The notes beneath the pieces are model-generated. The model made no database searches. It was not told the origin of the DNA and saw only the letters and a program-made list of their open reading frames with translations. Source: Podarcis erhardii (taxonomy: Eukaryota). Taken from it: DNA of 64,000 bases. The stretch lies in the NCBI GenBank assembly GCA_964252035.1, contig OZ176200.1; one strand, given 5' to 3'. Positions 12,293 through 22,253 of the stretch are shown here, piece by piece. The position numbers were made by a program, and so were the translations under genes. The number at the start of each line of letters is the position of its first letter. Position 1 is the first letter of the stretch.

Positions 12293-12457
12293 CAGGACTA
12301 TCTTGCCCATGAGGCAAGGTGACGCCACTGCCTCAGACGGCAGAATCCACAGGGGCAGGAGATCCTGATGTAGATCTTTACTCACTCCTTCTTTCTTAGT
12401 AGGGAGGGGGCATTTTGTGCTTCACCTCAGGGGCAAAAATGCCTTGGGCTAGCCCTG
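12293..12457. mobile_element. Non-autonomous DNA element (caggact...agccctg ends)
   Basis: cccatgaggcaaggtga...ctgcctcag..ggcagaatcca shared with 51049-51100; 3' part ggcattttgt..cttc.cctcagg shared with 20232-20252. Confidence 0.6.
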
Positions 12458-13385
12458 AGGCTCCTACAGTTAATTGTTGGGTAGAAAAAGAAATTTCACT
12501 CTTCTGTGCAACTGTTAAAGCTTCAGGAGTCTGGCCACTCTGATATTTGGCTACTGTTGTTGCTATTGTTGTTGTTGTTGTCATCATCTTTATCTCTGGC
12601 AGGCAGCAAAAAGAGGTTCAGTGAGTTCTTGATGAGCAGCCATTGCAGAGTTGAAGTTGCAGCTTCCCACACTTTTATGGCATGCCAATACTTTGCTATA
12701 AAATGTGGGATTGTCTGTAACATTATTTTGTACACTGCTCTGGCCCTGATGGCCTTAGGCTACAAAGTGGTTCATAAATAAATATTTTTGTGAACTACTT
12801 GGGTGAGGCCAGTCTTAAAGAACAACAGCAACAAAAGATTAGCACCCTGGTCCCCTTTCCCTCCCTTTCTGTGTTAACTAACCAAGGGCACAACACGCAC
12901 CCCATGCTAATGACTGGGGAGAAGGGGCCCGGTGGTGCATAGCCATCTCTGCCAGCCTCTGTCAGTGGAGAGGAATGCTACCAATGGAGGGGGCTGTCTT
13001 TGTGGCAGAATCCACAGCTTTGCCCAGCTTGATGTGAAGCTACTACTGGGGGTTCTCATTGGTAGTAGGCAGTAGAAAGTGCCAGAACGGGATGACTGGA
13101 GGAAGAACACCAGTGGCTTTTGAACTGCTGTGTCCAAAGCCCTGCAGATCCTGCTCCCCAAGCCCCATAGCCATGCCAGCTTGAACCTGGTGTAACAAAA
13201 ACAAACACCAACCATTTACACCGTCTGCCTTGGCTGGCATGAACTGCTAGATCTTTGGATGTAGTGGTGGATTTGCTGCTGTCTTTTCAGGGTTAGGGTT
13301 GCTTTTTTAAAAATGTGCCATGTGCAAATAAATAAATGCTCTTAATTTGTTTTCTAACTTTAAGGTGGCATTTCTGCTATTACAG

Positions 13386-13552
13386 GTAGGCCTGTGGGCA
13401 GAAACAGAGGAAGGCTCAACCGTGGCATAGTAGAGGAGTGCTGTTTCCGGAGCTGCGATCTTAACCTTTTGGAAACTTACTGCGCAAAATCTGTCAAATC
13501 GGAGCGTGATCTCTCGTCGTCTTCTCTTGTAGCCTTACCAGCACTGAACAAG
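13386..13552 (+). CDS. IGF2: IGF2 coding exon 2 (C, A, D domains and start of E-peptide)
   Basis: Acceptor TACAG| at 13385; phase matches exon 1 (A+GT=Ser); reads [56 protein letters not shown]; donor AAG|GTAAGT, phase 0. Not listed in the supplied ORF track. Confidence 0.98.
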
Positions 13553-13986
13553 GTAAGTGAAGATGCTATCTGAGTAACAGGAGGCATTTTAGCATTGGAC
13601 AACTAGGAACCCGTATCTTTAGCATCTGCTGCTTTTGCAGTTACAGCAAAACAGTTTTATCTCTGCGTGAGGTGCAGATAATGTCTTACACACAAGCAGA
13701 TCGAGAAATTTCTGGGGGTGGGAAAGAAAAGCAATATAAAGCAAATGTGTATATCATTGTTCCTACTTTATATACACCATAAAGATAGCAGGGCTTTTTT
13801 TCTAAATAAACATGCTCAGGATTTTTACTGTCAGTGAGCACTTGTTGATAGGTCATGGGAGAAATGCTACTGAGCAGCCTTCCGAATGTGGAGTTCTCCT
13901 GTTCAGGGTGCCAGTGTGTCAGCCACTCACTCTTTCTTCCAAAGGTTGCCAGTCTTTTTGGCCCAGTGGGTACCAATCAAATAGTA

Positions 13987-14221
13987 CAGTCATACCTTGG
14001 TTGCTGAACAACGTGGAACTTGTACGTTTCAGCTCCCAAACAATCAAAAGTGAGTGTTCCGGTTTCCGAACAATTTTTGGAAGCCGAGCATCTAGTGCAG
14101 CTTCCATTTGGCTGCAGGACGCTCCTGCATCCAATCGGAAGCTGTGCCTTGGTTTTTAAACAGTTCCGGGAGTCGAATGGACCCGCAGAACTCATTCTTT
14201 TTGAGAACCAAGGTACAACTG
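13987..14221. mobile_element. Tc1/mariner-type MITE (family B) in the last IGF2 intron
   Basis: TIR cagtcataccttggtt / aaccaaggtacaactg; TA TSD at 13985-13986 and 14222-14223. Confidence 0.9.
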
Positions 14222-14340
14222 TAGCTGCTATTTAGTGGGGTGACATTTTATGGTGAATTTAAACTGTGGATATCTCTATTTCATTGTCTCAGCATACTGA
14301 TGTTCCACTTCCATTTCTCCCCCTCTTGCTTTCCTTTAAG

Positions 14341-14583
14341 GATCCCTTTCAAAAGCCCTCTCATGCCAGGTACTCAAAATACGACATATGGCAGAAGAAA
14401 GGTTCACAGCGCCTTCAGAGAGGGATTCCCAACATCCACCGGGCCCGCCGGTATCGATGGCAAACTGAAGGACTGCAAGAGTCTGAGGAGTCAAAGATCC
14501 ATCGCCCCTTGATTGTCCTGCCTACCCAGAAGCCTCTTGTTGTGCAAACCACCACCTCAGAAACATTGGGCAGCCAGAAGTGA
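14341..14583 (+). CDS. IGF2: IGF2 coding exon 3 (E-peptide, stop TGA)
   Basis: Polypyrimidine tract + AAG acceptor ending 14340; reads DPFQKPSHARYSKYDIWQKKGSQRLQRGIPNIHRARRYRWQ...HRPLIVLPTQKP...GSQK*, resembling bird/mammal IGF-II E-peptide. Spliced CDS 154+167+243=564 nt = 187 aa + stop. Confidence 0.97.
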   Translation, partial: DPFQKPSHARYSKYDIWQKKGSQRLQRGIPNIHRARRYRWQTEGLQESEESKIHRPLIVLPTQKPLVVQTTTSETLGSQK

Positions 14584-14996
14584 ACTGTGATGAACAATTT
14601 CCAAAATGGACTCTTTATTTTTTATTTCCTAGGCCTGTCCTCACCCTTTTCTCTCTCCCAAACCAAGGTGGAGGGGTGAGGGCAAATGCCCTTTCACACC
14701 AAGGAGTAACCACAAGGGGCACCATTAACACCAAACAACTGACATAGAAAGAGAAACAGGATTACAACGTTGGCGGTGGCAGCAACAACATTTCTGTGGC
14801 ATTGTCTTTTAAGTATTTTTTGTTTGCTGGTTCTTGTTCCTTTCCTACCCAGTATTCTCAGCCTTTACTTAAAAGGGACAGTAAGGCACTTGAACTATTT
14901 AATATTGGGCCACTGCCTGTCAATTTACCAACCAATGAAGACAGAGAAAGAGAAAATAATGAAATTGAAAGAAGCCCAGTTTATGTCTGTATTGAC

Positions 14997-15002
14997 AATA
15001 AA
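14997..15002 (+). terminator. Candidate proximal polyadenylation signal AATAAA
   Basis: AATAAA ~410 nt after the stop, followed by a G/GT-rich tract at 15012-15032. Confidence 0.35.
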
Positions 15003-15378
15003 AGTGAAGTTGGGGTGGGGGGTTGGAGTGGGATATCTGAAGGTTTAAAATTTTGGCCTCATTTTCACCCCACTAGTTTTTTTTCCTTTGGAAATCACAA
15101 GTCTACAGTATGTGTTTGAGACTTCTTCTTCATTTTTTTCCATGTTTTAAAAGCCAGAGAAGAAATGATGAGGCCCACTACCTTTTTTTAAATTACATAA
15201 TTCCAAATGTACTTGCACCTTTAAAAATCACCGATGAAGTGAGAGTGTGTGAACGTTAAGTTCACTTTAATGGAGGAGGCGTCTGCATTGCACATTTGCC
15301 ACAGATTTAGTTGAATTATATAAGATATATATTATATATAACTTTTTTTGGCAGAAAAAGCACTATTTTTAATGGGAC

Positions 15379-15380
<2 letters not shown>

Positions 15381-15420
<40 letters not shown>
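15381..15420 (+). repeat. (TG)n microsatellite in the 3'UTR
   Basis: Direct reading. Confidence 0.95.
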
Positions 15421-16774
15421 TATGTAGTAACTGAAGAGGGATTGTAATGTTTAAATGTTGTTATGGTGCTAATGTAAGTTGGAAAAGGGGAAAACGAACC
15501 CAGAAAATTAGAAGAGGGTGGGGTGGGAAGGACAAGATCTCGAATACTGAACTTGAAATTTTTTAGCTTTTCGTTTTAGGAAAGTGTGATACGTGTGTTC
15601 TTTTTTTTTTTCTCTTCTGAAATATAGCTTGGTCATGACCATATGAGCTAATTGCCTTTCACTCATATACACAAAACGCATGCACATGCAGAAACACAAT
15701 AATACATCTATATGCATTTTAGATCAAAATATTTTTTTCTTAAGTCCTTCACTCATTCCCTGATACCCAGAGCATGCCAAGTGCAAAGGCATATGCATGT
15801 GCTTTGTGAGTTACCTGATTCTGTTCCATGGAAGCAATCATTGTACATAGAGTACTCATTTATGGCTTTTGCAGCCTGAGAGTCACCATCCTCCTACCAA
15901 GGTGTTTTAAATCAATTTTCTGGCCACCTCTGCCATCCTCTCTCTGATGCAATGCCATTTTTCTGGAAAGCGACTCTTTGCATCTATCAGGTTTGGCAAG
16001 AACATAGATTTGTTGTTGCCCAATCGAGCCTTATTAGGAGAAACGGCTCAAAACAATTGACCATCTCCTTATCTTGCTTCTGCTTCTGCTTCCTTCTTCC
16101 CTGTCAAAAGGGGAAGGTGCAATTCTTCTGAAGGCTGTCTTGCGCCATCCCATAATGACAGCAATAACAACCACTTAAAGCACCAAGTTTCCCCTTTCCC
16201 TGCTAGAGTGAGGGAGAAGTTTTGTGGGGAGGGGTTAGTACAAAAACTCCAGAGGAAAAGGAGGTAACCTAACAGATTTGAAGGAAAGGTTGTTCTTCAC
16301 TGCCTCATAGGACCTGAGGGACAGGAGAGAGTTGATGCATCAAGGACTGGAACTTTTAAAACCCAATTATCTGCTCAACACTCAAGGCTTACTTGGAAAC
16401 GTATGGAGAAGGTGGTATAAAAAGTAATAATCAAATCACTTGGCTCATCTAGAACCATAAGAGCAATGCCACATATATAAATTGCATAGAAAAAGGGGAA
16501 CATCTTATCAGTGCTGTACCTGCTTTGCCTTATATCTATATATCTACATTTAAAGAACATAAAGATTACTTGAATTTTTTTTTTGAAGAAAGGGTAAGGG
16601 TTTTTTTTTTTTTAAATGTTATCAAAAATGTTTAAATTGTTACCTTGCAATCTTGAGCCATGAAACATTGGGGGATTTTTTTTTTTGTTTTCCATGGCCC
16701 TGCAAACCACAAAAATATGCTCCTTAATCATTTACAAAGGAGCAGGGAAATACACAGCTCAGATAAAATGTTTT

Positions 16775-16798
16775 GGGGTTGGGTGGGGTGGAGTGGGG
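16775..16798 (+). other. G-quadruplex motif in 3'UTR
   Basis: GGGG-TT-GGG-T-GGGG-TGGAGT-GGGG fits G3+N1-7 x4. Confidence 0.6.
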
Positions 16799-18566
16799 AA
16801 AACAAAAGAAGTGTTTTTTTTAAAAAAATGTTTCCAACACAGACGCTTTCATAGAAGCTCTTTACCAAATGTCCCCCTTTGATTTTTGTTTTTTTAAGGT
16901 GACAAGTAAAATAGTTGTTCAAAGATGATCAAGATGCGTTTATAGCTTTCTATATATGCTTTGGTAGAGGGAACAGGGACGATCATTTTTTTCGAGAGTG
17001 AGGAAAGAGCAAAGGGAATTTTATATATAGTCTGGACTGAGTTCTGTAATATTCTTAACAAAGCAGGTCCAGATACTGCAAAGCAGTTAAGTACCTGCAT
17101 GCTTTGAGCTTACAGCATATTAGTCCAAGTCAGTGGAATGTCCACAAAGTTAATACATGCTCAAGTGCTTGTCAACTTGTGGGTGGGAGGCGAGGAGTCT
17201 CAACAGACAACACTGAGTGAAGGGGCACATGTAAATGTTCCGTGAAGGAAAGTGTATGTTTATAAATTGGCTTTGGAACACTTGCGTCTTGCAGGCTGGT
17301 TCACTGCCCCCCTCACAGTTGATTTCTTCCCCCTCCACCTTGTATAATCATTTACCTTAGTACCTGGTAAAGTTAAGTGTTTTTATCATACTTTGCCAAA
17401 ACTTTTCAAAAGGCGAAGCAAATGTAAATTCAGGGCCCGATCAGTCAACATGTTAGGCCCAAATTCCAGGATAATAAATCCCAGGAAGTTTAGAATCTTG
17501 GTATACTCTAGAGAGGCATATTTTTTGTGTGAGTGCCCACATTGATTTCTTTGAATTAGATCCAACCTAAACTGTGCACCGGAAGTAGAGCTGCGTATTA
17601 TATAGACAAGACTTTCCCCGAACATGATCAAAACTTATATAGCATCTTGGCTGTTGGGCTTTCTTTTTCCAGGCTTGCATGCACTCTCTTTAATGCTTCA
17701 CTCCTATGTGCGCATACTTTGGTTCCTCCCGAGTAAACATACATAGGCCTTGGTCTGTCTGCTTTATACAAAAAATAGTGGCAATGCAACCAAAGGAAAT
17801 GTGTTCGCGTACTGGGATAGTTGAGTACACCCTATGGAACACTCAGTTGGTTGTTCGAATCACCCAGGTGCCTTGGGAACTACTAAACTTACAACACTGT
17901 TCAACAACCTGCTGACCCAAGAGACCTACAGAATCTGTACTAAGGCATGTAATGTTTGAATGAGTGGTTGATGGGTATTGATGTCTTCAAGCCTTCTGTT
18001 GCAGTGAGCAAAAGTGTAACTGATTTTGTGAGGTTGCTCTTCCACTACAAGCGTAATCGTGGAAATGGACCTCTGCTGAAGAGCAACCAAATCAAGGATG
18101 GCTATTTTTTTCATAGTAGAAGCCTGTCTGAGCACAACCCGTTAGGAGTTAGATGTAAAAATACCTTTATCGGTGTAACACAACTGATTCTTGGGGCATT
18201 TGTCGTTTACAAACTAGTGTTTTGTTCTGGGGTGGTTTTTTTTGGGGGGGGGGAGGGTTAAAAATGGACACACAAACATTGCTGAAACACATACTGGTCT
18301 GTTTTCTTCCAACCTCTGGTGCAAAGCCACAACGCTTGAGGGAGGGAGTCTGGTTCCCCCAACTGGTTCCACAGTCTTACTGGCCCATAAAGAGCTTCAT
18401 CCATTTCATCCTGCCTGTTTGCAAAGGCTCAGACTTTTGGTGATGGACCTAGCTGCCTCTGCACTAAATGAAGGGAAGAATTGTATTTGTTGTTTTTTTT
18501 AAAAAAGAAAAAAATGTTCTTGTTTTTTTGTCATATGTATTATTGTCTGCTCAAGTTTTATATGGC

Positions 18567-18597
18567 GGGGAGGGAGTGGGGAAGGGGGGGGGATGGG
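18567..18597 (+). other. G-quadruplex motif near distal poly(A) signal
   Basis: GGGG-A-GGG-AGT-GGGG-AA-G9-AT-GGG, five G-runs. Confidence 0.6.
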
Positions 18598-18700
18598 TGT
18601 TGATGTATCTTGAAATATTTCACTTGTGTGCACTCAATATGCAAGAGTCAAACTGCCCGGATTATGCACCTATTGTACTTTTCATTCGTAATACAGTATC

Positions 18701-18706
18701 AATAAA
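18701..18706 (+). terminator. Distal polyadenylation signal AATAAA
   Basis: AATAAA with upstream TGTA (18674-18677) and a downstream T/GT-rich stretch (tgttcttcc...ggtggctttctg). Confidence 0.6.
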
Positions 18707-19136
18707 GCAATCGGCTACAATGTTCTTCCGCCTCAGGTGGCTTTCTGTAAAAATGGTCTTCTCTTTAATCCATGCAGCGGATCACAACCCCACACTTCTT
18801 CCAAACAGCTCAGGCCTTTGTTGGGGCTGACTTACTGGCCTGACATGTTCTTGTGCCTTTTAAGTAGTGGTTTAAAGATAACCATTAAAATGGAGAGCCA
18901 GGGGCCTTGGAAGTTGCCCCTCAAGAGTATCCAGACCCACAGACTTGACTAGGCATGCAGTCAACCCAATTACAGCTACCTTCACTATAGTGAAATGGAT
19001 TGCATTTCTATTCAAATTTTGGCAATGTCTAAATTCCTACCTATACATATAAATTAGCATGTGCATTTTTAAAAAATCGAATTAGTGCCCTCATTTTGTT
19101 TTTGCTTCCCCCACCCCACTCCATTTGTTTCTTCTT

Positions 19137-19205
19137 CAGGGCTGTGGGTTCGAGCCACATGTTGGGTGAAAGATTCCTGCATTGCAGGGAGTTGGACTGA
19201 ATGAT
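19137..19205 (+). mobile_element. SINE fragment: tRNA-Lys-like head with CR1-type tail
   Basis: cagggctgtgggttcgagccacatgttgggtg resembles the 3' half of vertebrate tRNA-Lys(CTT), with B-box GTTCGA; then aaagattcctgcattgcaggg, the complement of the CR1 end at 445-465. Confidence 0.7.
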
Positions 19206-19965
19206 TCTTTGATTCATTTTGGCCACCATTGCAAGCATGCATAGGGTTGTACTGCAAGGCAGGCTAGGGAACCTTGGAACTGGAAGCAAAACAAAGCCCT
19301 TCAGACCTCTCTATGTGACCCCTGGGACTTTCCATTGGCTGTGCCCATCCCTTGGCCACATCATCCATTGGTCCTGCTGTGTACCTCCCCAACAAGTGCT
19401 TTTGCCTGGCTACATTGTGTTTTTCGCCTGCCATAATGCCTCTGGTTTGCCTGCATGGAGGATGGAGATGTATATGTGGTTGTGTAGAAGCCTCTTAACT
19501 TCTGTGTGGCTGAATTCTAGCCTACTGTACAAAAACAAGAATCCCACCCATTGCTCTGGCCACTTTGCCTCTGGCCCCACTCACCAATAGCATGCACCCC
19601 CCCTCGCCACAAAAAGAAAAGAGTTCGGCGTTTGCCCACTAAGTAATGTGCCTCTCCACCTGAAAAAGGTTCTTTAACCTGGTTGTAAGTGGTGGTGAGA
19701 TCGCACCTTTCTAGGCCGTTGTCTGTGACAAATGCCAACTGGGGAATTGTGGCATCTCATGGTGGTGGCCTGGCCTGGCCACCCATTGCAAGGCTTCACA
19801 TGTATTGGTAAGTGGGCTTATCAAAGGCCTGTTCCCACCTTAAGAAAATGCATCACGCTGAGGCTGCCAGAGGGAAACATTGCCGTTCAAGACACTCTGT
19901 TGATTCCTAAGCAAAGTTTAAAACTTTAATGCATTAAACAGAAGATTCATTGGCAGAAGTCAGTT

Positions 19966-20277
19966 CTGGTCTTACCATTAGCCAAAGTGAGGCAACTGCC
20001 TGAGGTGGCAATTGCTGAGGGCAGCAATGCCCCTTGACTTTTCCACCTGAGCTCCAGCCGTTCTTCTCAGTTAAAGGGAAGAGCTGTGTGTTCCTTCCCT
20101 GTGCCCTGTGAGTTAGCCTGCTGCTACCCTCACATGCGGTGGTATATACTATCCTGTCAACAGCGATGAAGTATGATTTAGCTGCCAGCCTGGCTGGTTT
20201 CCTTACCCAGAATGGGGCCTGAGGGAGGCATTTTGTCCTTCGCCTCAGGCAGCAAAATGTCTAGTCCCAGGCCTGGG
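19966..20277. mobile_element. Degenerate non-autonomous DNA element (same family as 12293)
   Basis: gtgaggcaactgcctgaggtggca at the left; ggcattttgtccttcgcctcaggcagcaaaatgtc at the right. Confidence 0.5.
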
Positions 20278-20635
20278 GAAAGTGAAACGTGCAGCCTTTT
20301 TTTGCACAACCAGCAGCATGTAACTAACCTGTGATTTGCCAGAGAGGTAACAGAGCACATTATCACACCTACTATTTTTTTTTTTTAAAGAACAATATGG
20401 AGCTGAGCCATATTTGAGCTCCCAGGTGACAGACTCGGTCCTGAGAGGGTAGGGGGGAATAGTTGTTTAGGGCTATGGCAAAAATACAGGCATGCCTCTC
20501 CTCATATTCCAGGACACAGAGCAGAATAACCCCAAAGCTGGCCATACTGAGTCATGTGGAACTTGGTCCTATTGCAAAATTTCAGCTCATGGCTTGAAAC
20601 AGAAAACAGATACTGGAATAATTTGTGGGAGAAAT

Positions 20636-20762
20636 TAATTAATTAATTAATTAAAGAAGTTTATATACCGCTTAATTAAAAACAAAAACAAAAAACACCC
20701 CACCTCTAAGCAGTTTGCATAAAATGATATAAAATATTCATAAAATCAACAGACTTTAAAAG
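20636..20762 (-). mobile_element. Old L2 3' end with (TAAT)n tail
   Basis: (TAAT)n followed by tttatataccgcttaa, an L2-type terminus on the minus strand. Confidence 0.5.
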
Positions 20763-21001
20763 CCAAGAAATCCAATGCTTTTGTCAATTATGCAGCTGTA
20801 TGAATTAAAAAGTTTGCTTCACAATTGAAGGATACCCATGGCTGTTTAAATGGAGTCCTCCAAACAACATTATGTCCAGGGTCTTACATTGTCTAGGTCC
20901 AACACTGTATTTAGAATAACTACTGCCCACTATGCTGCATTCATATTTCCAGAGGTTTAGTGAATTATTGGATAACTACTAAATTAGATACAAACAGATG
21001 T

Positions 21002-21125
21002 CATAAGAACACAAAAGGACCCCGCTGGATCAGAACCCAAGGCCCATGTAGGTAAGTATCCTGTTCTCACAGTGGCCAACCAGATGCCCATGAGAAACCC
21101 ACAAGCAGAACCGAAGGACAACTCC
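21002..21125 (-). mobile_element. CR1/L3-type LINE 3' fragment
   Basis: cataagaaca...ctggatcag...ggcccat...atcctgttctcacagtggccaaccagatgcc is a typical reptile CR1-type terminus. Confidence 0.65.
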
Positions 21126-21346
21126 TCCAGATTCTCCATTCTAATTCATCACTGTTTAGTAGGCTGACTCTACCCTGCTTTCTCTTCCACTTCTCTTCTA
21201 GTATGATTTGGAGAATTTCTAAAACAAATTTTAGAACTGGTGCATGCACAGTTTGTCACAGTTTATATCTCCCCCTTCCCAGGTTCCCAATGCAAGGAAA
21301 AACTTTGGTGAAAGCACAGCACAAGAAGCGATACTGGGTCATTCCC

Positions 21347-21795
21347 TTTTTGCTTTGCTTTTTCATAACAATGTATTGATTTTCCAAAAACAACAATACA
21401 AAAAAAACAACAACCAGAAAAAAAACCCATAACCAAATTAAACCATAAATTTTGGTCGACTTCCCTCTACTCCCCCTCTTGGTTCCATTATAATATACTT
21501 ATTTAGGCACGTCCGTAAAACCTTATATATTTAACAATCCAATTTTAAAACCTCCTTTGTATTATTACAAGTGACTTTTACAAGTTATACTAATGTAAAA
21601 ATCTATACACAAAGCTTAAAAAATATGCTTTAAACAATTGCCATTTTTTTGTAATAATTTGTCCTGCATAGTTCAATAATTTATTTTGGCAGTCTTCATC
21701 TTTATCCTCTTCTTTATGTTCTTTGGCCAAGGCTTCTCCCTTCCATAGGGGCTGACTGGTCTTGGCCTGGAGTTCAATCTCGCGTATCGGAACAA
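21347..21795 (-). mobile_element. 5'-truncated L1-like retro-insertion with 16-bp TSD
   Basis: Perfect ATACTGGGTCATTCCC at 21331-21346 and 21796-21811; T-rich tail at left; minus-strand peptide EDCQNKLLNYA...KKWQLFKAY resembles reptile L1 ORF2 C-terminus; G-rich gggggagtagagggaagtc in the 3'UTR. Confidence 0.75.
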
Positions 21796-22007
21796 ATACT
21801 GGGTCATTCCCAACCAAGTCCAAAAATAAATATTGAAAATTGAGAAATAGTAGCTTGCTAACTTGATACTTAATTGCGAACTACAATAACCAGATGCCGA
21901 AAAGGCTTCTGGGGTTGCTACTAGAACAACAACAACAATTTAAATAATACCTGCACCCAGGCTTACAATTGAAAAGGCACACCACAAAATGAAAAAGGGA
22001 TGCAGAT

Positions 22008-22253
22008 CAGTAGCAGTCAACAGGGCACATTGGGGAGGGCCAGCAACATGGAGGTCACTGTCAGTAACTGAGAGGGAGCAGGGAGGTCAGCATGGTGCAG
22101 GTGCAGTGGCTGGAGTATCTGATTGGTTCTGCCACCACACCTGCCAGCACACCTGCACCACACCTGCCTCTCCGCTGCCTTGCCCCTCCCACTTTTGGTT
22201 ATCAGCTTCCTGTTGTGAAGCCAGGTGAGGAACACTGCCTCACCAGCCACTGC
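22008..22253. mobile_element. Probable degenerate GC-rich MITE
   Basis: cagtagcag start and cctcaccagccactg end resemble cagtggcgg...ccactg-type TIRs; no clean TSD. Confidence 0.35.

Larger units (their letters stand above)
14584..18725 (+). other. IGF2: Probable long IGF2 3'UTR
   Basis: No recognisable transposon between the stop codon and ~19130, unlike the rest of the window; homopolymer runs and a TG repeat; ends near AATAAA 18701; long 3'UTRs are typical of vertebrate IGF2. Confidence 0.65.

Noticed and set aside
13365-13385. Alternative acceptor that would give the human Ser29-to-RLPG IGF-II variant
   Set aside because: No second AG 9 nt upstream (ttctgctattacag)
13381-13391. CAG|GTAGG resembling a recursive splice site
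   Set aside because: The GT is forced by the conserved Ser-Arg codons, the donor match is weak, and the intron is only ~6 kb
14584-15100. Long-range partner (element I equivalent) for the 16.7 kb G-rich tract
   Set aside because: Only short (about 7 nt) C-rich complementarities were seen, which is expected by chance; a proper folding run is needed
21760-21795. U6 snRNA-like 5' part of the L1-like insertion
   Set aside because: Only CGATAC and a loose GAGA-ATT resemble U6; too weak to call a U6-L1 chimera
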